From Microcoleaceae cyanobacterium (GTDB lineage Bacteria > Cyanobacteriota > Cyanobacteriia > Cyanobacteriales > Microcoleaceae), in NCBI GenBank assembly GCA_051652765.1, contig JBOFUV010000148.1, forward strand, positions 1 through 64,000: 64,000 bases of DNA, written 5' to 3'. Positions 20,363-30,941 of this stretch are shown one piece after another (within the stretch, counting starts at the first letter, position 1; every line of letters starts with the position of its first letter). A program made the position numbers and the translations under genes. Under the pieces are notes generated by a model. That model was not told the origin of the DNA, did no database searches, and saw only the letters and a program-made list of their open reading frames with translations.

Positions 20363-22729
20363 GTGCCAGAAGATTTTAGGTTAATTGTTGATCTTGTGTT
20401 GGTTCTTGCTGCTGCAGTAACAGGAGGGTTATTGGCCTCACTCCTGAGGCAGCCTGCACTCTTGGGCTATCTTGTTGGGGGAATTGTGATTGGGCCAGCG
20501 GGACTAGGGTTGATTGAAGAATTAGTTCAAGTGGAGACCCTAGCCCAGTTTGGAGTGGCTTTTTTACTGTTTGCTTTGGGGGTTGAATTTTCCTTTGCCG
20601 AATTAAAAAAGGTACAAGTCATCAGCTTGGGCGGAGGCGGTCTCCAAATTGTACTAACAATTGTGCTAACAACGGCTACAGCAGTTCTTTTGGGGTGGAT
20701 CACTTCCCCAGTTCAGGGGATTTTTCTGGGGGCAATTCTCTCCCTCTCTTCAACGGCAGTTGTCCTGAAATGCCTGATGGAGAGAAACGAAGCCGCAACT
20801 CCCCATGGTCAAGTCATGCTGGGAATTTTAGTGGTACAGGATTTGGCCCTAGGACTCATGTTAGCCGTGCTCCCTGCCTTGGATCAACCGCTTGAAGTGA
20901 TTGGGTTGGCGGTGGGGCGATCGCTGCTGCTGATTAGCCTATTTGCACTGGGAGCAATTGCTGCTGGGATTTGGTTGATCCCGCCTCTACTGAGATTCTT
21001 GGCCAAAACGGAGAGTCGCGAACTATTTCTCTTGGGAACGGTCACCCTTTGTCTGGGCATTGCTTTACTTACAGAACATCTGGGCTTTTCGATCGAGATG
21101 GGTGCGTTTGTTGCAGGATTAATGATTTCTGAGGTGGAATACGCCGATCAAACCCTAACTTATGTAGAACCGCTTCGAGATATTTTTGCAGCGCTGTTTT
21201 TTGTTGCCGTTGGTATGTTAATTGATCCCGTGTTCCTCTGGGAGCATTTGGAGCTAATTTTAGGCTTAGTCTTGTTGGTGCTGGTGGGGAAATCTCTGAT
21301 TGTGATTCCGATTGTTCGGCTATTTGGCTACCCTTGGAGAACTGCGATTATCGTTGGCCTAGGACTGGCTCAAATTGGAGAATTTTCCTTTGTGCTGGCC
21401 AGCGCCGGACAAACTTTGGGCTTGGTTTCACGGCCCGTTTATCTCCTGACCTTAGGAACAACAGCAGTCACTCTAGTGGTCACCCCCTTCGTTTTGCAGC
21501 TCGTCCCAAAGCTATTGGACTGGGCAGAGACCCTTCCTTGGCTGGCTCCACTCTTTGATCAGTCGGCTTCTCCAATTGATGTCGCCGAAGATCTCCCTCA
21601 ACAGAATCATGTGATTGTCTGTGGGTATGGAAAAGTGGGGCGAAATCTGGTGCAGTTGTTGCAGAGACATGACTATTCTGTTGTGGTGATTGACTTTTCA
21701 GAGCGGGTGGTTCAAGAACTCCGAACTGCTCAGATCCCCTACCTCTATGGCAGTGCTGCTAGCTTACATGTCTTGGAGGCGGCGGGGGTTGACCGAGCAA
21801 AAGCGATGGCGATCACGGTGCCTGATCCCATGACCACTCGGCTTTGCCTCAAGCGGGCACTAGAGTTTTCCCCTGGTTTGGATGTTACCGCGATCGCCTA
21901 TCGGGATAAGGATATTGAATTGCTCTATCAACTCGGGGCCAAGGAAGTGGTTCAGCCTCAATTTGAAGCCAGCCTGGAACTGTCTACCCATTTACTCTTG
22001 AGGATGGGATTGCCTCTGGCTCAAATCCAGACACAGGTTCAGCAAATTCGCAACAGTCACTACCTGGAGTTGCGACCCGAACAACCCCTAAGCGTCATCT
22101 CCCGTGAAGTCAAAGATGCGGCCCAAGACATGAACAGCAAATGGTATGTCCTGCCGAAGGATTCTCCCTTGACGGGGATGACGATTGAAGAAACTAACCT
22201 ACAATATCTCAGCGGGGTGAGCTTAATGGCGATCCAACGCAGCACAGGGGAAGAAATTGACTATCCCGATGGCCAAGTTTTATTGGAAGCAGAAGATCGA
22301 TTACTCCTGGTGGGAGAGCCTGCAGCCGTAGCGATTGTTGATCAGTTGGCGAAAGGGGAAGTCGCAGTTCCGGCTGAGAGCATTTCTTGCCAGTGGTTAG
22401 AGCTACCTGACAACAGCTCTGTGATTGATAAAACCTTGGCTGATGTTGATTTACTAAACCGCTACGGTGTTCAAGTGCAAGCGCTTCGCCGAGAGGATAA
22501 GTTCTTTCGGTGGCCTAGTCGGGCTTTAGGGTTGCAAGCGGGAGATCGGCTGATGATGTGCGGTGGGTTCCATGATCTGAACCGAGCAAGGCGGGAACTG
22601 ATTTCTAAGCCTTCACGAACTCTAGTTCCTGCCCTCCCTCCTCAACCCAAAGTATCTGAACCCGAATCGCCTGAGTCTGTTGCTGCTCCAAAAGAAGAGC
22701 CTGAGAAAAACTATGTCGCCAGAGTTTAA
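20363..22729 (+). CDS. CPA2 cation:proton antiporter with TrkA-N and TrkA-C (RCK) domains, KefB-like
   Basis: Many TM helices, LSSTAVV, ILVVQD, GLAQIGEFSFVL, VIVCGYGKVG. Confidence 0.93.
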   Translation: MPEDFRLIVDLVLVLAAAVTGGLLASLLRQPALLGYLVGGIVIGPAGLGLIEELVQVETLAQFGVAFLLFALGVEFSFAELKKVQVISLGGGGLQIVLTIVLTTATAVLLGWITSPVQGIFLGAILSLSSTAVVLKCLMERNEAATPHGQVMLGILVVQDLALGLMLAVLPALDQPLEVIGLAVGRSLLLISLFALGAIAAGIWLIPPLLRFLAKTESRELFLLGTVTLCLGIALLTEHLGFSIEMGAFVAGLMISEVEYADQTLTYVEPLRDIFAALFFVAVGMLIDPVFLWEHLELILGLVLLVLVGKSLIVIPIVRLFGYPWRTAIIVGLGLAQIGEFSFVLASAGQTLGLVSRPVYLLTLGTTAVTLVVTPFVLQLVPKLLDWAETLPWLAPLFDQSASPIDVAEDLPQQNHVIVCGYGKVGRNLVQLLQRHDYSVVVIDFSERVVQELRTAQIPYLYGSAASLHVLEAAGVDRAKAMAITVPDPMTTRLCLKRALEFSPGLDVTAIAYRDKDIELLYQLGAKEVVQPQFEASLELSTHLLLRMGLPLAQIQTQVQQIRNSHYLELRPEQPLSVISREVKDAAQDMNSKWYVLPKDSPLTGMTIEETNLQYLSGVSLMAIQRSTGEEIDYPDGQVLLEAEDRLLLVGEPAAVAIVDQLAKGEVAVPAESISCQWLELPDNSSVIDKTLADVDLLNRYGVQVQALRREDKFFRWPSRALGLQAGDRLMMCGGFHDLNRARRELISKPSRTLVPALPPQPKVSEPESPESVAAPKEEPEKNYVARV

Positions 22730-22733
22730 GCGG

Positions 22734-23375
22734 TTACTCTGGTGTGACGGGCAGAGGAACTGAATAGCCTTCTCCCAAGATATGGGCAACAAAGCTGGTT
22801 CGGGCATAGAAAGCGCGGGAGATGCTTCCGTGCCCTTTCCCCTTCGTTCTTGGCTGAACAAGTTTGCCCATTTTGCCACTAAGACTTGAGAATCCCTGAG
22901 TTCTAATCATCTCTTGGATAAAGTTGTAGTCTGCCTTCACCTGATCGTAGATTTTAGGATCATCAAGATCAAAGGAAGCCACTGAGTGAACCAGAGACTG
23001 ATTATCTGCTTGACTCTCAAACACTCGAGCAACAACAACTATTTTCTGCAGTTTATTGAAGAGATGGCTTTCCTCAAATTCTTTGCTTGCAACCTCAACT
23101 GAATCTATCATCGTGATTGCCATCGTCTCCTTGACTCTGAGTTCTCCTGTTCGTTTAGCAATTAGTGGAACTAACTTTAGTTCCCAACTGCCAAAATTGG
23201 GAGAGCGGGATGAGTTGATGGCTAATCCCAGATAGCGTTCAATTGTGTGCCCAGCCCAACCCTTGTTTTTCCTACCTTCTTGGCTCCAAACCGTTACATC
23301 AAACTGCTCTGCCAATCGTCGAAGGTCTCTACCTACGAGTGTAGTAAGTCTTTTGACTGCCTCTACTCTTTCCAT
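22734..23375 (-). CDS. MutH/Sau3AI (MvaI/BcnI)-fold endonuclease
   Basis: KNKGWAGHTIERYLG, PNFGSWELK, KETMAIT, LVQPRTKG, RAFYAR match the MutH pattern; overlaps the methylase stop. Confidence 0.8.
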   Translation of the reverse strand: MERVEAVKRLTTLVGRDLRRLAEQFDVTVWSQEGRKNKGWAGHTIERYLGLAINSSRSPNFGSWELKLVPLIAKRTGELRVKETMAITMIDSVEVASKEFEESHLFNKLQKIVVVARVFESQADNQSLVHSVASFDLDDPKIYDQVKADYNFIQEMIRTQGFSSLSGKMGKLVQPRTKGKGHGSISRAFYARTSFVAHILGEGYSVPLPVTPE

Positions 23376-24211
23376 AAATGACCTTGCTTCAGTCCAGGAG
23401 ATAACTCTATTCGACTAGGATTGGCTAAACGTTTGATGGAGAGTTCAACATGACCTGCATCTGCTTCACAACCAATAAACTTCCGACCCAACGACAAAGC
23501 CGCAACTCCAGTTGTGGAAGAGCCTGAAAAAGGATCAAAAACCAAATCACCTGGGTTTGTACTGGCTCGAAGACAACGCGAAACAAGGCTGACAGGTTTT
23601 TGTGTTGGATGTTTGCCATGAAGTTTTTCATCTTTGCCTGGAGCAGGCATTCTCCAGACATTTTTCATCTGCTTGTCGCCATTTTCAGCCTTCATTTCCT
23701 CGTAATTGAAGGTGTAATGTTCTTTCCCTTTACGCGCTTTCGTTGCCCACAATATTAGCTCTGTTGAATGAGTAAAACAGCGGCATCCTAAATTGGGAGG
23801 TGGAGCAGGTTTTTCCCAAATAATGTCATTCAGAATCCGAAAGCCAAGCTGCTGCATGGCAAATCCTACTGACGGATACACATGCAGAGTGCCTGTCACC
23901 CAGATAGTACCTGTGGGTTTGAGCAGACGATAACAAGCAGCCAACCATGCTTTGTTAAACTCATGATCTAGTTCAACACCCTGACTGCGATCCCATTCTC
24001 CTTTGTTCACTTTGACCATCCGCCCAGCCACACAGGTAATCCCATCATTGGAAAGGTTGTAAGGTGGATCAGTCCAGATGCAATCCACACTTTCAGCAGG
24101 CAGCGAAGCCATAAATTCTAAACTGTCACCATGATAGAGATAGGACAGTCCATCATTGGACTTCCACGCCAAATCTGGTTTGACCTGTTCGATTTGTACC
24201 TGTGCCGTCAT
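23363..24211 (-). CDS. beta-class amino DNA methyltransferase (DpnA-like)
   Basis: DPPY (motif IV) precedes DPFSGSSTTG (motif I); NKGEWD, IIWEKP, HPTQKP. Confidence 0.92.
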   Translation of the reverse strand: MTAQVQIEQVKPDLAWKSNDGLSYLYHGDSLEFMASLPAESVDCIWTDPPYNLSNDGITCVAGRMVKVNKGEWDRSQGVELDHEFNKAWLAACYRLLKPTGTIWVTGTLHVYPSVGFAMQQLGFRILNDIIWEKPAPPPNLGCRCFTHSTELILWATKARKGKEHYTFNYEEMKAENGDKQMKNVWRMPAPGKDEKLHGKHPTQKPVSLVSRCLRASTNPGDLVFDPFSGSSTTGVAALSLGRKFIGCEADAGHVELSIKRLANPSRIELSPGLKQGHLWKE

Positions 24212-24304
24212 AAGATTTGCTTTTTCACTTGTATTTTAAGTCAAGAGTCCTATTTTAGACCTAGAGTTCAGCAACTGCTACGGATCTAAACCTTAACCCC
24301 CGAA

Positions 24305-24517
24305 TTAACTTTTGGGCTTGAGATAAGCGATCGCTTGTCTGTAGATCAGGGTGACTTGTTGTTGACTATCCTGTAAACAAATGCAGTTCTGATCCTGCCA
24401 AAACACAGTGCCAACTAAGACATCATTGGTGAGCAGTTTGATTTCAACAGAGCGCTTTTCCTTCGTCCAGGTTTGTACCTGACGAATACTAGGTAAGCCA
24501 GTATCGAATTCAGACAT
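24305..24517 (-). CDS. hfq: cyanobacterial Hfq
   Basis: MSEFDTGLPSIRQVQ...KLLTND...WQD...AIAY; divergent from dapF as in other cyanobacteria. Confidence 0.92.
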   Translation of the reverse strand: MSEFDTGLPSIRQVQTWTKEKRSVEIKLLTNDVLVGTVFWQDQNCICLQDSQQQVTLIYRQAIAYLKPKS

Positions 24518-24599
24518 GGATAATATTTCAGTAGTAGAAGATTCCTTGTGCATTTACTTAGCTCTGATAGACTGGGTCTTATGAGCAGTGGTGAGGGCA

Positions 24600-25493
24600 A
24601 TGGCAACCAAGTTTTCGGAAACTCAGTTTACAGCAGTTCAGTTTACAACAGTCCAGTTTACAAAGTATCACGGTTTGGGGAATGACTTCATTCTGATTGA
24701 CAATCGCCAGCAAACTGAACCGATGATTATTCCTGAGCAAGCCATTCAACTATGTGATCGCCATTTTGGGATTGGGGCTGATGGTGTGATTTTTGCGCTG
24801 CCTGGAGACTCAAACGCAGACTACACAATGCGAATCTTCAACTCTGACGGCTCAGAACCAGAGATGTGTGGCAATGGTATTCGCTGTCTAGCAAAGTTTA
24901 TTGCGGATTTTGAAAATCGTTCCGACTCTGTCAGCTATAAAATCAATACCTTGGCTGGAATCATTGTTCCTCAAGTGCAGGCGGATGGTCAAGTCAAAGT
25001 AGACATGGGATTACCTCGACTACTTGCGGGCGAAATTCCCACGACTCTCATGGCTCCAACGGAAAAGGTGATTAACGTTCCCTTGCAGGTTGCGGATCAA
25101 TCCTGGGCCGTCACTTGTGTGAGCATGGGCAACCCTCACTGCGTGACTTTTGTAGACGCAGGATCTGCCATTCCCCTAGAAACCCTTGGCCCTCAGTTTG
25201 AACACCATCCGGCGTTTCCGGAACGGATTAATACTGAATTTATTCAGGTCATGCAGCCAAATTTGATCAAGATGTGGGTTTGGGAGCGGGGAGCTGGAGC
25301 CACTCTAGCTTGTGGGACAGGGGCTTGCGCGGCGGTAGTTGCTGGAGTCCTGACCGGAAACTGCGATCGCCAAACCACCGTTGAACTGCCAGGGGGATGT
25401 TTGGAGATCGAATGGTCGATGGAGGATCAGCATTTATACATGACCGGGCCTGCCCAGAAGACGTTCACGGGGGAGTGGCTCAAGGACTCATAA
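24600..25493 (+). CDS. dapF: diaminopimelate epimerase
   Basis: [39 protein letters not shown]; the N-terminus has a 15-bp tandem triplication ([14 protein letters not shown]). Confidence 0.97.
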   Translation: MATKFSETQFTAVQFTTVQFTKYHGLGNDFILIDNRQQTEPMIIPEQAIQLCDRHFGIGADGVIFALPGDSNADYTMRIFNSDGSEPEMCGNGIRCLAKFIADFENRSDSVSYKINTLAGIIVPQVQADGQVKVDMGLPRLLAGEIPTTLMAPTEKVINVPLQVADQSWAVTCVSMGNPHCVTFVDAGSAIPLETLGPQFEHHPAFPERINTEFIQVMQPNLIKMWVWERGAGATLACGTGACAAVVAGVLTGNCDRQTTVELPGGCLEIEWSMEDQHLYMTGPAQKTFTGEWLKDS

Positions 25494-25639
25494 CGGTTAT
25501 CGGGTTCACTTGTAGATAATTTTAGAACATTGCTTGCGAAGTCGTTTGTAATCTAGAACTTGAGGCCAAGCGTTAGAGTAAGAGACTTAAAGCAAGAGAC
25601 TTAAAGAAAACGAGCTGAAGAATTTGCAGGTTACAAGCT

Positions 25640-26779
25640 ATGGGCGGCGGAATTTACCTAGTTCAAGACGATGATCGGTTGGTTGAAATGACGGAGCAAC
25701 CCTATGACTCTGAGGATCAGCTTCAAGAGTTATTAGAAACCTATCCAAACCTACTGGCTGGAGATGAAATTGATCGGGGAACCCCGAGGCGATGGCTACT
25801 AATTTCGCGAGAGGCTACCATCCCGGCGGAGGAAAACCTGGGGAGTCGCTGGGCCCTGGATCATTTGTTCCTTGACCAGGATGCCATTCCAACTTTAGTG
25901 GAAGTAAAACGCAACTTCAGTCCAGAACTGCGACAAAAAGTTTTGGGAGAAATGCTGGATTATGCCGCTAACTTGGGGATTTATTGGCCTGTAGAGTCAA
26001 TTATTGCCTTGTTTGAAGCCAACTGTCGAGATCAGGGGCGCGACCCAGAACAAGTGTTTGAGGAGTTTCTGGGGTCTGAAGCCGATGAAGAACAATTCTG
26101 GCAGCAAGTCAAAACTAACATTCAAGCTGGAAAAATTCGCCTGGTTTTTGTTGCCGATGAAATTTCAGCATCCCTGCGACGGATTGTCGAATTTCTCAAT
26201 AGACAGACTGATCCTGTTGAGATTTGGGCCTTGGAAATCAAGCAGTACGTGAGTCAAGAGGGGTTGAAAACTCTGGTTCCAAGAATTCTGGGGCAAACGG
26301 CTCAACTCAAGAAAGCCAGTGCTACGGGAGAGCGACGGCGGTGGGATGAGGAATCCTTTTTTGCTGAACTGCAAATTCGGCGGGGTATTGACGAGGCCAA
26401 CATAGCGCGCCAAATTCATGACTGGGTCAAACAGCAGGCTCCAAACTTAGATATTCAATGGGGTACGGGAGATATCTATGGTGGATTTACAGCCTTGTCC
26501 AATCCAAAATATCGGAAGTCACACAAGTTATTTACGGTAGATATCTCAGGTCGTCTGGAAATTTCCTCTAGTAAGTATGGGGCACAAGCTCCCTTTGATC
26601 GCGAGGAAAGTTGGCTAGAGCTACGAGGAAAATTTAGCTCCATTGGTTTATCTCTACCCTTTAATAAAACTGAGTCCCGTTCTCCAATTTTGCGGCTATC
26701 TGGCTTGCAAGATGAACAGACTTTGACCCAGGCATTAGAGACATTTGATTGGGTTGTTCGTCAAATTCAAACGGCTTGA
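25640..26779 (+). CDS. PD-(D/E)XK nuclease-like protein (NucS/Mrr-like N-terminal domain)
   Basis: SEDQLQELL...LDHLFLDQDAIPTLVEVKR...LDYAA. Confidence 0.6.
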   Translation: MGGGIYLVQDDDRLVEMTEQPYDSEDQLQELLETYPNLLAGDEIDRGTPRRWLLISREATIPAEENLGSRWALDHLFLDQDAIPTLVEVKRNFSPELRQKVLGEMLDYAANLGIYWPVESIIALFEANCRDQGRDPEQVFEEFLGSEADEEQFWQQVKTNIQAGKIRLVFVADEISASLRRIVEFLNRQTDPVEIWALEIKQYVSQEGLKTLVPRILGQTAQLKKASATGERRRWDEESFFAELQIRRGIDEANIARQIHDWVKQQAPNLDIQWGTGDIYGGFTALSNPKYRKSHKLFTVDISGRLEISSSKYGAQAPFDREESWLELRGKFSSIGLSLPFNKTESRSPILRLSGLQDEQTLTQALETFDWVVRQIQTA

Positions 26780-26793
26780 TTGAATAAACCTAA

Positions 26794-27939
26794 TTAAAGT
26801 ATTAAGATTACCGATTCTGGCCATTCTCGAAACCAGGATTTTTCTTCTGGATACAACGGCAAGTCAACCCGATTCCAACTAAATAAACCTGCCCGAGTTT
26901 CGGGATAAATCCCATTCTGAAAGTTGACTTGGTTGAACTTAAACCCACTATCTACATACTGAAACTGAAGCTGAAGTTGTGAACGTTGAAGTTGTGAAAG
27001 TCGGTTTCTCAGCCAATTCCGATGGATGATTCCAGTGTAGGTGCTCCGCAGGGTTCCGGCAAATTCTTGTGCGTATCCCATGACTAAATTGCAGATAAAT
27101 CCTAAGGTTTGTTCATCTGTAAACGGTAGGGATAAAAATTCGGACTTGAATTTATGAATAATCCATTCATCCAGAAAAATATGATGTTTATAGATGTTGG
27201 TAATGGTCTGAAAATAATCTTTGTTCTCTGATTCATCGGTGCAAATGACAAGCAAATCTTGAGTTGAAAAATTGGCCTGAATATTCTTGAGGATGTTTTC
27301 ACTGTAGTCAGCCTGCACCCCCGGAATTGAACGACGATAATCTGTCAATCTCACATGAATCCCATTAAACTTTCCCAAAACCTGACAGATTCTCTGGGCT
27401 AGGTCGAGATAAATTAAGTGAGGGCGAATTGCTTCTAGCACTTGATATAGTGAAGGCGTGGGAAGATAAAAAAATCGAGAGTAATATCCAAAGTTGCAGG
27501 CACTCAGATGCCAAATGTCATCCTCTACATCTTTTAACAGAGTTCGTCCTTCGGCAAAAGTCTTCAAAAGATTAGGAACGATCGGTGTTTTAGGAGGTAC
27601 AAATGCAGCCTCTATTAACCGGATAGGACTGTGATAACACGTGAGTTTCTTCCTATAGATTTCTCGACAAAACGTCCCGTAGTCAATTATTTCTACGGGG
27701 AGTTGATCCATCAAGTCTAGAATCGTAGGAACAGAATGGTTGTTAATAACATCTTGTCGATGTTTTGGAATGTGCCAAAAGTGTCCCCCCCGACATTGTC
27801 GCAGTCTTTTGTCCTGTCCTTCAGAACCGTAGTAGACTAACTTCCTTTGAGTCAAATAAGCTAATCCTACTGCCAGCTCAAGGGACATTAAATTGTTATT
27901 CACCCCGGATTCATAATCTTTATACAGCAGATATCTCAT
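26794..27939 (-). CDS. O-fucosyltransferase-like (GT-B) glycosyltransferase
   Basis: SGVNNNLMSLE, FNGIHVRLTD, ICTDE, FAGTLRSTYT; AT-rich. Confidence 0.65.
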   Translation of the reverse strand: MRYLLYKDYESGVNNNLMSLELAVGLAYLTQRKLVYYGSEGQDKRLRQCRGGHFWHIPKHRQDVINNHSVPTILDLMDQLPVEIIDYGTFCREIYRKKLTCYHSPIRLIEAAFVPPKTPIVPNLLKTFAEGRTLLKDVEDDIWHLSACNFGYYSRFFYLPTPSLYQVLEAIRPHLIYLDLAQRICQVLGKFNGIHVRLTDYRRSIPGVQADYSENILKNIQANFSTQDLLVICTDESENKDYFQTITNIYKHHIFLDEWIIHKFKSEFLSLPFTDEQTLGFICNLVMGYAQEFAGTLRSTYTGIIHRNWLRNRLSQLQRSQLQLQFQYVDSGFKFNQVNFQNGIYPETRAGLFSWNRVDLPLYPEEKSWFREWPESVILIL

Positions 27940-27980
27940 TGTGAATGAGTGATAGGAACCAGTCTGGTTCTGCTGAGTTT

Positions 27981-30803
27981 TTACTTGCCTCTAGCAGTCA
28001 CAACAACTATCTTATCGGGATGAATTAACGTTTGGGCAGCAGCGTTAACTTCTTCTAGGGTAACTGCCTCAATTTTTGTAACAAATTCTACTAACTCATT
28101 CTGGGTTAACTGATTCAGTTCATGCCATAAAATCACCTCTGCCAGTACATCAGGATGGGTGAGTTGAATCTGATTACTACTAATAATTCCTCGCTTAGCA
28201 ATGTTAATCTCAGCGGCTGTAACACCCTGGCTCCGAATTTGCTCTAGTAAAGCTAAAGTTGTTGCGATCGCCTGTTGTTCAGTTTCAGGAGCAGTTTGTA
28301 AATCAACTGTGAATGATCCCGATTGGAGTCCGGCATTAAAGCTACTAAAAACACCATAAGTGAGTCCAAGACGATCACGCAATTCAGTCCCCAACCGACT
28401 AGACAAAGTATTGCCTCCCAGCACTTCATTCAAAACTAAGGCAGCATAAAATCGAGGATCTCTACGCACAATACTAGGATGACCCATCATAATAATTGAC
28501 TCTTGGATTCCAGGCAACTCAGCATTGACGTAAACTGGAGAGCTAGGGAATGAAATCTCTGGCCACTGTTTCTGGGGATAGGTTCCTTTTGCTTGCCAGT
28601 TGTCAAATAAGGCTTTAATTTGAGAGTGTATAACCGTTGGATCAAAATCACCAACCAGTACCAATGTTGTACTCTCTGGTCGATAGTAATCTCGATAAAA
28701 GTTGATCAGATCTCGACGATGAATTGCCTGCAAACTTTGTTCGGAAGGAAACTCGTGAAAAGGATGATTTTTCGGATAGAGGCTTTGTCGCAAAGCTCGA
28801 TAGGCAACATAACCTGCATCACTTTCTGCGGCTCGTAAATCCGTCAGGTTTTGTTGACGAGTTAGCTCTAAATAATGCTCTGGAAAGGTAGCATTTTGTA
28901 GAACATCTGCCAGGGTTTTAATCAAGATAAAACTGTCTGGAGACAAACTGACTCCAGAAAAGTTTAATCCTTCAGAATCTGCTTTAAACTCCAGACTTGC
29001 ACCTTGATTTTCCAAGGTTTGTGCTAATGCAAGAGCATCCTGACTGGCTGTTCCATTCAGCAAATTCTCTTCAACTAAGTTAGCTAAACCTGCTTTTGAC
29101 TTAGGGTCAAATGCTTCGCCTGCTTGAATATATCCTGTTAGAGAAACGGTTGAAGTATTGTGATCAACTAATAGCAGAACTTTCATCCCATTGGGGAGGA
29201 TTAACTTCTCAGGACGCGCCCGCTCTTGGCGACTGAACTGAGTCTTAGCTGGAGGAAGATACTGCTCAACTTCACTGGGATCAGCAGGAATACTGAGGCG
29301 GAAATGGTTTTGAGTTTGCTTTAAACTTTGGCTAGGGGTTTCGTCTGTTTCCCCGATTTCAGTTGGCATAAAAAAGCCAGTTGTTTGATAGTCTGATCTG
29401 AGATAAATTTGAGCAACGCGTTGAATATCTGCCGCAGTAACTTTGGCGATCGCATCCAAGTATCGATCAATAGACTGATAGTCTCCTGTCACCGTTTCAG
29501 CATCTCCTAACGTGAGAGCTTGGCTCGTAATATCACGATTTTCAATCACTAAATCGGCTTGAATTTGAGTTTTTGCCCGTTGGAGTTCTAGAGTTGTAAT
29601 CTGCTGGGTTTGAAGCCGAGTCACTTGTTCCTGTAGCACGTCTTGTAAAACACTTAAGTTGGACTTTGAAGGCGAAACTGCATAGAGTTCATACCAACCT
29701 CCAGAACTTAAATTAGTGACAGTTCCTCCTATCTCACTCGCCAGTCCAGACTCAACCATTGCTTGATAAAGACGAGAACTACGACCATTGCTCAAGAGAT
29801 AGTCCATCACATCCATTGCAGGCACGTCGGGGTGATTGGCATCGGGCAAGGGATAGAGAGCTTGCATGATAGAAATGTTACCCGGTTCTTGCAAGACAAT
29901 CGGCTGAGAAGAAGCAGGAGAAGTTGGGGGAAAAGTGTTAGTAATCCCATGACTAATTTTGCGTTGTTCTCGACTGGTTTGTGCAGCATTTTTCTGAGGA
30001 ATTTGACCGAAAATATCTTGGACTTTCTGGAGAACAGATTTGGCCTGAAAGTCTCCTAAAATAACCAGTACAGAATTTCTAGGATTATAGTCCCGATCAT
30101 AATAAGCCTGAACTTGTTCCAAGGTAAAACTCTCAACATCTGCCTTGCTTCCCCCAACCATTAAACCATAGGGATGATTAGGAAATGCTGCCTTCATAAC
30201 TGCTCGATTCAAGCGATAGTAGGGATTATTTGCGTAGCCTTGTAACTCAGAAATAACAACCTGCTTTTCCTTTTCTAATTGTTCAGCATTAATCAACGTA
30301 TTTTGCATTCGATCGGCTTCTAAAATCAGAACCGATTCTAATTGGTCTACTTCAACAGTATTGTGATAAGCGGTCTGATCATAGCTGGTAAATGCATTAA
30401 AATCCCCACCCAATGCTGCTAGCAAACGGCCATACTGAATCGGACGATTTTTTGTTCCTTGAAACAGCATATGTTCAAGTTGGTGAGTGATGCCATTTAC
30501 GCCTGGGGATTCATCTCGTGAACCCACTTTGTACCAAACCTGAACTGCTGCAACAGGTGCGGTATGAACTTCCTTGATTAGAACGGTTAAACCATTATCT
30601 AAAACTACTTTTTGGACACCCTGAGTGAGGGAAATTGATTGAGAAGTTAAAGTCACTTGAGAAGGGTCAACTACAGATTTTCCAGAATTTTCTATCACTC
30701 CCTCTGTGGCTGATGTAACAGAATTAAACAACACTATAAATCCTAAACAAAGGCTAAAGAGTAAAACGGGGAGACGCAACCGATACCAACTCATTTTAAA
30801 CAT
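27981..30803 (-). CDS. M16 family zinc peptidase (pitrilysin/PqqL-like), exported
   Basis: HQLEH inverted zinc motif, NAFTSYDQT, two M16 halves, signal peptide. Confidence 0.93.
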   Translation of the reverse strand: MFKMSWYRLRLPVLLFSLCLGFIVLFNSVTSATEGVIENSGKSVVDPSQVTLTSQSISLTQGVQKVVLDNGLTVLIKEVHTAPVAAVQVWYKVGSRDESPGVNGITHQLEHMLFQGTKNRPIQYGRLLAALGGDFNAFTSYDQTAYHNTVEVDQLESVLILEADRMQNTLINAEQLEKEKQVVISELQGYANNPYYRLNRAVMKAAFPNHPYGLMVGGSKADVESFTLEQVQAYYDRDYNPRNSVLVILGDFQAKSVLQKVQDIFGQIPQKNAAQTSREQRKISHGITNTFPPTSPASSQPIVLQEPGNISIMQALYPLPDANHPDVPAMDVMDYLLSNGRSSRLYQAMVESGLASEIGGTVTNLSSGGWYELYAVSPSKSNLSVLQDVLQEQVTRLQTQQITTLELQRAKTQIQADLVIENRDITSQALTLGDAETVTGDYQSIDRYLDAIAKVTAADIQRVAQIYLRSDYQTTGFFMPTEIGETDETPSQSLKQTQNHFRLSIPADPSEVEQYLPPAKTQFSRQERARPEKLILPNGMKVLLLVDHNTSTVSLTGYIQAGEAFDPKSKAGLANLVEENLLNGTASQDALALAQTLENQGASLEFKADSEGLNFSGVSLSPDSFILIKTLADVLQNATFPEHYLELTRQQNLTDLRAAESDAGYVAYRALRQSLYPKNHPFHEFPSEQSLQAIHRRDLINFYRDYYRPESTTLVLVGDFDPTVIHSQIKALFDNWQAKGTYPQKQWPEISFPSSPVYVNAELPGIQESIIMMGHPSIVRRDPRFYAALVLNEVLGGNTLSSRLGTELRDRLGLTYGVFSSFNAGLQSGSFTVDLQTAPETEQQAIATTLALLEQIRSQGVTAAEINIAKRGIISSNQIQLTHPDVLAEVILWHELNQLTQNELVEFVTKIEAVTLEEVNAAAQTLIHPDKIVVVTARGK

Positions 30804-30941
30804 AACACTAAAGGTGATCTTTAATAATTCGATAATTTAGTAGTTTGTCAAACTTGATGGGAATGATCAGAGGTGAATGCCAAGCCTGCAAGACCTGGTA
30901 CCTTTTTAAGGGTCTTGATCTACCAACTTAATCTAGGCAAA

